A stretch of DNA of 64,000 bases. Origin: Chrysomallon squamiferum (taxonomy: Eukaryota > Animalia > Mollusca). The stretch spans positions 3,162,001 to 3,226,000 of the forward strand of contig CM022673.1 of NCBI GenBank assembly GCA_012295275.1. The letters run 5' to 3'. This document shows, in pieces, positions 55,535 through 64,000 of the stretch. Below the pieces are notes generated by a model. It had not been told where the DNA came from and made no database searches. It worked only from the letters and a program-made list of their open reading frames with translations. Both the position numbers and the translations under genes were made by a program. The first letter of the stretch is position 1, and every line of letters starts with the position of its first letter.

Positions 55535-56102
55535 CTGGAGAAAAAAAAAAAAAAAAAAAAAAAAATTAATGTTATTAAAATGTTAATGTCAATTTAATGG
55601 CTTTGTAAGTTTTTTATACTGTCAAGTAATGACATAATTATTGATCTTTGGTTTATTTTCAAGAGGTAAGACCTGAATGTTTTCTATACTTTCTATCCAC
55701 TTATAATACATATTTTTAAGTGGTTTTACTTGTTTTCACAAAGCTTTCTCATAATAACAACTACAGAAATAATATAAGTTTTGTTTTTAAAATTTACAGA
55801 TATATAAATCACAAGAAGACAACTCTGCTAAAGATATTTAGTACTTTTCTCTTCTACTTTTGATGTCACTGTTTTCTAACACATATCATGGGTGTGTGCT
55901 CTGCTGACTTTGAAAAAACACCTATAAAACATTCACAGCTGATAACTTAGACAAATGACCTAGAGAAAGTTGGCAGATAACCTCCTGCACACTTGCATCA
56001 CAAAAGTCACAATACTAACAATTGCTGAAAATAAAAAGTGCTGGACTATCGATAAACAAATATATCTTTATTAACTGAAGTGTTATTTTTAAACACTCTC
56101 AC

Positions 56103-56254
56103 GTTTTGGGGGTTCGGCTGTCAGGTTGGTACAGTACAGGGGACAGATTTTGTCTGTGTTCACGTGACCCCACTGTCGACACTTGATACACCGCACATTG
56201 CGAACTTCAATACCAAACGGCTGATCGCGAATTGTTTCATCATCCTTTGCGTAG
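56103..56254 (-). CDS. CIR1: CIR1 exon 5 (zinc knuckle)
   Basis: [50 protein letters not shown], with a CxxC...GH...CP knuckle; canonical splice sites and consistent phases. Confidence 0.95.
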
Positions 56255-56549
56255 CTGTTAAAAAAAAGATGTTAATATTAACATTTTTAGTATTAGCCAG
56301 TAATCTTTATAAAATTAAATAAACTGAAGTCTGCAGAGTTTTTGTGAAGTTTGTTGAAGCAGTGAAAGTGAATTTTTGATCGAGAGGAATTATTACATAT
56401 TTGTTTGGTGTTTGTTGTAAAAGTTACAGTTATTTACCATGAATGTTATAAGGAAGCATGGATAAGACATCTACTCTTTGGTGTGAATGTAGCAGTATTT
56501 TTCTCAGTCTTATTTAGGTGAGAAATTATAAATAAACTGTTTAACTTAC

Positions 56550-56614
56550 GCCTCTCTGGGTGCATTGAACTTTCTCTGCCATTCAAACTTGTATTCCTGT
56601 TCATCTTCCTCTTT
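56550..56614 (-). CDS. CIR1: CIR1 exon 4
   Basis: KEEDEQEYKFEWQRKFNAPRE (conserved YKFEWQ..APRE); |GTAAGT donor. Confidence 0.92.
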
Positions 56615-56902
56615 CTAAAAAAAAAATATAAAGACATATTTTTATTATTATAAACATATTTCTAAAGATTTTGTGAAAAATATGTATCTCTGAGCTTATA
56701 CAATAATTTAGTTTTATTTATAAGAATAATAAATCTCAATAACATGCAGAAATTTGTAAAAGTAAAAAGAAAATAATATATTTTTTTTATGGTTAAGGAG
56801 TGATTAAAAAAAAAAAAGAAGAAAAAAAGAAAAGATAAATCCATTGAGATACGTCAAAACTGCAGTCTTTGTGATACACAACACAAAACTTCTCTTATTT
56901 AC

Positions 56903-56981
56903 CTCTTTATTTTTCAGGCCTGGTGGAGCATCATAGAGAAAACTGAGTCCCAGTTTGGCTTTCTCATCACCCAGCAAAGCT
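56903..56981 (-). CDS. CIR1: CIR1 exon 3
   Basis: (R)ALLGDEKAKLGLSFLYDAPPGLKNKE; cag| acceptor, |GTAAAT donor. Confidence 0.92.
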
Positions 56982-57388
56982 CTGTATTGAAAAAGAAAAG
57001 AAAAGTAAGACAGCAGTAACATCTCTTAGTGTTTCTAACCATTTCATTCTTTCTTACATGTTTAAATTGTATGCAGTCTTAGTCTTTGCTTTGTTTTTTT
57101 ACGTTTTAAAATCTAATCATTTACATTTACATGTTACTGGGGGTTTTTTTCTTCAAAATGCAATAATAACAATTTATGCTCATATCACAGTTTCATTAAA
57201 ATATATATAAAATATATCATGAAATTAAGAAGTATTTAATTTTCGCATAATTTATGGATAAAAATAAAGTGAAATAATAATAATAATAATAAATTGAATA
57301 ATATGTATAAACTATTTCTTACAATGATCAAATTACTATTTGCATTTATGAGATAATTTTTCTTTTGATAGTTTATTGTTAGTGTTAC

Positions 57389-57483
57389 CTGTTCTGCAAC
57401 ATATCCTGTTCTTTTTGATACTGATTCATCAAATCTTCTTGTTTCTTCTTTTCGAAAGTTGTTTTTTGTTGAGCCATCCATAC
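57389..57483 (-). CDS. CIR1: CIR1 exon 2
   Basis: VWMAQQKTTFEKKKQEDLMNQYQKEQDMLQN; tag| acceptor, |GTAAC donor, phase 0->2. Confidence 0.92.
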
Positions 57484-57751
57484 CTAGAAAATAATCATAA
57501 TGGGGAAATAACATTATCTTTAATTTACTATGAGCTGAATTTCTATATCGATCTACTGCATAATATTTAGCTTTTTGTGTTTAGATAAATTACTGTCATA
57601 TTACAGTAATCTAAATGGAGACAAATCTGAAATGATTTGTTAAATCATGAAATGTTTAAATTGAACTTTAAGTTTAACTATTGAAATCGTAAGATTAAAC
57701 TGATGCATACAATTTTTTTTTTAAATATATTATATATATACTATTACTTAC

Positions 57752-57823
57752 TCTTTTTATATTCTCTTTACTTGACGGATGGAAGAACTTCTTTGTCATA
57801 TAATTGTTAAACCCCTTCCCCAT
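57752..57823 (-). CDS. CIR1: CIR1 (corepressor interacting with RBPJ 1) exon 1
   Basis: MGKGFNNYMTKKFFHPSSKENIKR matches the CIR1 N-terminus; donor AGA|GTAAGT. Confidence 0.93.
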
Positions 57824-58146
57824 CTTGGATATGTTGTATTCAACTGATACCAAAAATAAAACGGATAATTTTGATGTTGGAATCGGAATCGCAGTAACAA
57901 CGTCTAAAGGTTTACATCCGGAAGTTGATTTTGTATATAGCTGATTTTATTAGCGTATTACGCTTTTCATACTGATAAAGAATATTGACTAGTGACCAGT
58001 TAAAGACAAATTAAAACATATGATAATCAATAAATTATGTTATTAAGGGGTGGTTTTGATGTCATGTGATGCTTACTTGCAATTTTTTCAGAAGGTTTCG
58101 TCATGAATAAATTAATTTATTCTGGTTTAATTCAGAGATTTGTAAG
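57824..58146. promoter_or_regulatory. Bidirectional promoter of CIR1/OXNAD1
   Basis: Head-to-head genes with start codons about 0.3 kb apart, local CpG retention, and an ETS/GABP motif CCGGAAGT at 57918-57925. Confidence 0.7.
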
Positions 58147-58157
58147 ATGCTTAAAAG
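58147..58157 (+). CDS. OXNAD1: OXNAD1 candidate first coding segment (ATG CTT AAA AG|)
   Basis: The phase-2 donor AAG|GTTATG fits the acceptor at 58547, giving MLKRCKFFYIKQLFQTTIRLEKM, which resembles a mitochondrial presequence. Alternative: ATG 58103 spliced at 58142 to the acceptor at 58581. Confidence 0.45.
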
Positions 58158-58383
58158 GTTATGAGTTGTTCTGAATCAGTGAATGTATATTATTATTAAT
58201 AATTAATACATAAAATACATCATTTCATTAGAACTACATACTCAGTACACTGAAAACCTTTGAAACAGTTGAAATTCATATGTGATCATTCAGTTTATTG
58301 GTAATGTTTTATGTATTTGTGTGTATATATTTCTATTATAACATTTGATAAATATATATTTGTATTTGTAAATTAATTAAATA

Positions 58384-58414
<31 letters not shown>

Positions 58415-58546
58415 TAGTTATGATTTTCTGTTTAATTTTATTTATTTATTTTTATCATTTAAAAACAGTTATTGTCAGAAAGTAATTTTACTGATTATAA
58501 ATTGTGAATATTATAAATTATCTTATAATAAATTTACATTTTTCAG

Positions 58547-58658
58547 GTGTAAATTTTTCTATATAAAACAGCTGTTTCAGACTACAATTCGGTTAGAAAA
58601 AATGTCGTCAAAGAACAGTAATCATCTTGAACGTACTTCACAAAGTACAAGACAGGAG
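58547..58658 (+). CDS. OXNAD1: OXNAD1 exon (..KMSSKNSNHLERTSQSTRQE)
   Basis: ttttcag| acceptor; HLERT motif of the OXNAD1 N-terminal region; GAG|GTATTT donor. Confidence 0.8.
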
Positions 58659-58932
58659 GTATTTGAAAATATTTACCAACACTTAATAAATTTATTGAAA
58701 ATATACTTTTAATATTATAATCAGTAAAAAATATCTTCATAAAGGACATGTTTGTGTGTGTGTGTGCCTATGTGTATGTTATTGTCTGTGTGTATGTGTA
58801 ATTTTGATTGATGAATAGAACAGCCCATGAATTTATACCATGAAGCGACAGCAGCAGGCATTTTCTCATAAACTGTATTGTTCAGTAGATTACAGAGCAG
58901 TTAAAATAAAGAAGTATGTGTTGTATTTGCAG

Positions 58933-59039
58933 ATTCTAAGCAAGGCTACTGTAACCGACGTTACTAGTGAATCTAGCACTGTGAAGTCACTTATTCTGAA
59001 AATCCACAACAAGAATTTTATGTTCAAGGCTGGTCAGTG
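58933..59039 (+). CDS. OXNAD1: OXNAD1 exon (start of FAD-binding domain)
   Basis: ILSKATVTDVTSESSTVKSLILKIHNKNFMFKAGQW; |GTAAG donor. Confidence 0.93.
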
Positions 59040-59642
59040 GTAAGCTAAAATAAAAAATAATACTGAATAAACATAAATTCTTCCTGTAAATGTGTATGCA
59101 CACACATAGTCAAATACTTTAACCTTTAGATACCAATAAAATATCGCTAAAAATGTATGTTCACTATTGTGTGTACATACATTTTTGGAGTGATACATTA
59201 TCTTCTTAAGTGGGCTTGTTTCATGACAAATTACCAAACATTTTTCTATAAAATTTATTATAGCATCTCAGATTTGGATTAAAATATTGAAGTTGCTTCT
59301 GTGGCCCCTCCTATATTAGGAGCTCTGAAATCTAAGCTTCTTTAGTTTGATAATAGATCTGCCCCTGAAAACATGCATGCAAATGTATTAAAATATCTAT
59401 ACAAATTCATAATATACATATACACAAACACACACATAGAAAAAACATAAATACATAAATCACACCTAATCAAATCGCAGAACCCCCATATTACTTAACA
59501 TTACACCTTACTCTGCCAGACCTCACCATACCATATCATAAAATATCAAGTTCCATACTCTCATACTTAACATATAAGTGAATAATTTACTCCTTAACTT
59601 AGTAATTTTAAAAATAGTGTTTATGGTTTATGTATTTTTCAG

Positions 59643-59784
59643 GGTGGACACACATATACCAGGTATTGACACTGTTGGGGGTTTTTCCATGTGCTCTTCC
59701 CCACTTCTGCTCAAACAGAAAGGAATCATCCAGCTGGCAGTCAAGTACAGCAACCACCCACCCACAGAGTGGATTCATCAAAAG
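59643..59784 (+). CDS. OXNAD1: OXNAD1 exon
   Basis: VDTHIPGIDTVGGFSMCSSPLLLKQKGIIQLAVKYSNHPPTEWIHQK (VGGFS.CSSP and LAVKY..HPP motifs); |GTGAGT donor. Confidence 0.95.
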
Positions 59785-60279
59785 GTGAGTGAGATCTTTA
59801 CCATATAACAGGTAGGTGCTGCTTTCAGTTATTGTTACTATTAATTTGGTATAGTACAGTACCCATTCACCTGCAGTATAGATACGTCAAAAAGTTAGAA
59901 TTGTACCTATAAGAGGAATAGATTCAAAGAAAAGGGAGATTGATTTTAAGACTTATATCTCAGTCCACTGATCTATAGTTGATTTGCTGTAGTATGGAAG
60001 AAACAACTTTAAGTGTAATTTTATTATAGTAAAAATATTTTTATGAAATAATGTATATGCAGAATCACCCTCATCTTCAAATTTAAACTGATTATAGAAA
60101 TCTTGATGTGTCATAGCTTTAGAAAAAAAATAAGATAAAAAAGAAACAACTAATGAAATATATTTATAAAATATTGTTTCAAATAAAAATTGCTTAACCT
60201 AAAATTATGATTTTGATTTTAAATACAGAGACTGAAAATGAAATAATAAAGAAACTGAAAGTGTTTTTTATGTTTTAAG

Positions 60280-60510
60280 TGTAAGGTTGGTGATACAGTA
60301 GAGCTCAAAGTTGGGGGTGATTTCATTTTTGATCCTCCACCAGGACAACTACCCAGAGGCATGGTTCTTGTTGCTGGAGGTATTGGGATCAATCCCCTAT
60401 ACTGTATTTTACAACATACAGTTGACTTGAGTGAAGAAATACCTGAAACAGAGAGACCAAGTATGCTGTTATTGTACAGTGCCAAAACATTGGAAGAACT
60501 GGTTTTCAAA
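60280..60510 (+). CDS. OXNAD1: OXNAD1 exon (NAD-binding domain)
   Basis: CKVGDTVELKVGGDFIFDPP...MVLVAGGIGINPLYCILQH...LLYSAKTLEELVFK; FNR-family AGG.GI.P motif; AAG acceptor. Confidence 0.93.
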
Positions 60511-60785
60511 GTTAGTCCTGCTTAACTGTTATCTAAATAAACAAAATGTGAATGTAACTTACTATGTGTTTGGGTTTTATGTATTTGATTTTATTCAGTG
60601 TGACATATTTTTAATGATGATAGTAATAATAATAATAATTATTATTATGATTATATTATTTTATGAAATAAATATTATATAAAACAATCCAATTTCACTG
60701 TACAAATTATAAAATCTGATATATATGGAAAAAAAAAAAAATAAAATAATTCAACTTGAATGTTTTCATTTCCCATTTGTTTCAG

Positions 60786-60888
60786 AAAAATATTGATGAA
60801 ATTTGTAAAAAGTTCAAAAATGTGAAAGTGCAGTATTTTATAACTTCACAAACAGTGGATGAAACTGGTGATGGGGATAATATTGAAT
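60786..60888 (+). CDS. OXNAD1: OXNAD1 exon
   Basis: KNIDEICKKFKNVKVQYFITSQTVDETGDGDNIE; canonical splice sites, phase 0->1. Confidence 0.88.
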
Positions 60889-61424
60889 GTAAGTTATTTA
60901 AATCTCTAATTGTTTTCCTATACTTCCTTTCCACTTACCCATTCTCCCTCATATACAGATTACACATACACAAAGAAACACCTAAGAATTACCTATCCAC
61001 CTTAATCCTGTTAAAGGTTATGATTATGAAGGTAAATTAGCCCTGACATAAACTAAAGCAGAATGAAAAAAATGTATGAAGGAAAAGCCTTGTGTATCTT
61101 CTTTGTCACTTTTGGTTTTAACAACTGTTTTTAATGGCATTTATTTTCAACAAATACTTGGTTATATCAAAAAAAAAAAAAAAAAAAAAATCAAAGTATC
61201 AAGCTCTTCAGGTTTAAAATATTTTAATTATATACTAACTTTTATATAAATGTTTTTTTTGTTGTTTTTTTACAAGCACCATGCCATTAGTGGCATATTT
61301 TTGAGTGATTGATTATTACATGCTTTTTGTTTAGTAGACATTATAATCATCTTTTAGGGGTTTTTTCAGAATATTAGTTAGTGGTATATGTATAAATAAT
61401 TCAATTTTATATTCTGGTTTTTAG

Positions 61425-61603
61425 ATTGTAGAATAAATGTAAAGAGGATAGAGGATGCCATTGAAGAAATGAAAAGTAAAAATACTGATGATCCTGAAGT
61501 ATTTGTTTGTGGACCTACAGCTTTGATAGATTCAACAGTAGAACATTTAGATAAATTTTCTGTTCCCAAAGAACATATTCATTTTGAAAAATGGTGGAAG
61601 TAA
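61425..61603 (+). CDS. OXNAD1: OXNAD1 terminal exon
   Basis: CRINVKRIEDAIEEMKSKNTDDPEVFVCGPTALIDSTVEHLDKFSVPKEHIHFEKWWK*; CGP and FEKWW motifs. Confidence 0.93.
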
Positions 61604-63823
61604 ATAGCTGTTAAAAAGGGTTTTTATGATAAAAGTTAAACTAGTGCTATTTTTATGTTTTAAGATACACTTAAATAATACTACCCAGTCTTTTTGAGAC
61701 TTAAGTATAATTCAGGGTTCTTCTGTTAAAAAAAAAAATCAAATTTCAAAAAACATTTTTTTTTTTTAAATCATTGTTATACTCCATTCAGTTAGAATTC
61801 TTTCTGCCTCTTTATCTCAGTATATACCACCTCAAGTGAATGTTTTTTTGTTGGTGGTTTTGGCCAGTTTCTCAAAACCGTTAGATTTCCTTTTTTTTTC
61901 TTGCCAGGCCTGTGCGACTTCAGAGAATGATAATGAGGTTATATGATAATTGAAATGAAATTATTTTTGATAAATGTTTTTACAGTATCGATTTTATTTT
62001 AATCATAATCAAGTGAAAAAAATAGATTTTTGGGTCCTGGAAATGTTTTTGATTAGTTTTGGTATCTTCCCAAGACACACACACGATCCTCTATGTTATT
62101 TTAATGTTTGTTGGCAAGTATTGTATTATTGTTTTGAGTAATTGATATTGTTTATAAATTTATTTATATACTTTTTAAGTATACATATAATAGATATATA
62201 CATTTTCTGATGGAATATTTAAATTTTGTAATATATTTTTGAGCGATTAAATTGAATCAAGTGTTGAACTGTTCTTTGTGGTGTAGATAATTTAAAAATT
62301 AAACTTTTCAGGAATTAATTAAAAACTTGATTATTATTTATTTAGGCAGTGTGGTAATGCTGTTATTGTTCTTCCGATTCTTATAAATATTACTGAAAGT
62401 GTTGGTTTGAATTTAAAAAAGTAAATCTGATGTATCAGATTCCATTTTAAGAATGGATTCTAGACACTCGGGTTAATTGTGGAATTTTCTCTTGCATAAA
62501 ATATTTTAACAACAACCAACAAACTGAAACTAAAAATAAAAATGCAACAAAACATTTCATTATTTACAATTTATTACAAAAAAAAACTGACAAAAAAAAA
62601 CTGACAACATGAGCTGCATACAAACTTATGTACACACTGAACAATATTAATGTGATGAAATGTACATAAAGATTATAGGAATAGACAATGCTGGAAAATA
62701 ATAAAAAAAACAAAAACAAAACAACATCCATGACATTAACATTTCATGGGCAGATGGCCATAATTATTTATAATATTAACATTTACCTAAACTATACAAA
62801 AGCAAGTTGGATTTTAAAAAAATCAAAATAAATTACTGAGTAAATTCTAAGGATTTATTAGTTTTGTGTGATATTTTCATGTGCCGAAGTTGTAGTGCTG
62901 AATGTAATACTTTTAGTAAATCTGAAACACAATGGGAAGGACGAGAAACAGATTTGTCCTAATTCAAGAATGATATCACCAAAATAAAATAAAAATTCTT
63001 CTTTATATTAAGTATAGTTTCAGCATATTGCTCAAGCTTTATTTATAACATCTCCCAGCACATTAATAATATGGACACTTATGAGTGAAAAATATTTGCA
63101 AAACTATTAAGTTGAAAAGTCTTTATTTTAATTTTATTCCCCGTTTATTAATATTTATACCAGCCATTTTATTAGAAATACATATCAGTCACTTACAAAT
63201 TACAAAATATTCCATCATATATTAATTATCACTCGCATAAACAGCAACAAGAAATTCAGTGGATGTTATGTATGATAATCATCAAACCAATTAATTCTTC
63301 TTTTTGTTTTAAAACTTACAACATAAAATAAAATTTAGATAAACAAGTAATGAAATGAGTGAAGTTTTTAACTGAAAGAAACACTAATGAAATGTTTTTG
63401 TTAGGAGATGAATGAATGATTATTTATGATAAAATAACTTGTTGCAATATTTGTTTGTAAGCAATGATACCTTAAGCCTCACTCTCAATCTGACGAACTT
63501 GCTATTTTACAAAATTTAAAGGCGCCATCATGAAGTAATTCAAGTAAATTCGTCTTCAACTGTCATTTGTAAGCTTATAGATGACGATCACATATATATA
63601 TATATACTTCATATTATTTTACACTGTCTTTTTTCTGTTTTAATCACAACAGAAACCTAATTGTGTGGTAATAACTAAATTTAGCAAAGAATAACTAAGA
63701 TGATAACCTGAACAAAAATACCTAGCAGCACTGTTGGCACCAAAAAAATATTAATCTTTTTCCAGACACTGAAATTCCTCAACATTTATAACTACACTTA
63801 AATAAAAATGATAAAGAAACATT

Positions 63824-63982
63824 TTACAAGACATAATCCAGTTCATATCGAATATACTGATTTTTAACATCGTTGGAAATACGAGGATATGCTGGAATCA
63901 TGCCGTCCTGTGCACCAATATACACAGTGTTGTATACCTTCCAATAAACATCTCGCACTTTCCGAGCTGGGTGGAACAAACC
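63824..63982 (-). CDS. SF3B1: SF3B1 (splicing factor 3B subunit 1) terminal exon; the gene continues beyond the window
   Basis: tttttcag|[52 protein letters not shown], recognisable as the conserved SF3B1 C-terminus. Confidence 0.96.
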   Translation of the reverse strand, partial: GLFHPARKVRDVYWKVYNTVYIGAQDGMIPAYPRISNDVKNQYIRYELDYVL

Positions 63983-64000
63983 CTGAAAAAGCAGAATAAT

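Overview
Very AT-rich, microsatellite-dense animal genomic DNA with GT-AG spliceosomal introns. The repeat content suggests a mollusc, possibly a gastropod, but that is inference. Four protein-coding genes could be reconstructed by hand. (1) A + strand class A (rhodopsin-like) orphan GPCR with three coding exons (27199-28113, 31026-31149, 49783-50921; about 725 aa). It has HKY in place of DRY and an about 400-aa disordered C-tail, encoded mostly beyond an 18.6-kb intron. (2) CIR1 on the - strand (9 exons, 57823->52982, about 553 aa). (3) OXNAD1 on the + strand, head-to-head with CIR1 (about 58147-61603). (4) The last exon of SF3B1 on the - strand (63982->63824). The first 27 kb has no credible CDS but holds several candidate alternative promoters/first exons, two MITE-like inverted-repeat elements, decayed SINE copies and degenerate tandem repeats. 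The most notable hypothesis is that the GPCR is modular at both ends: several candidate 5' first exons, an overlapping uORF, and phase-compatible candidate alternative C-terminal exons inside the long intron. Nearly all other ORF-track entries are microsatellite or low-complexity artefacts.
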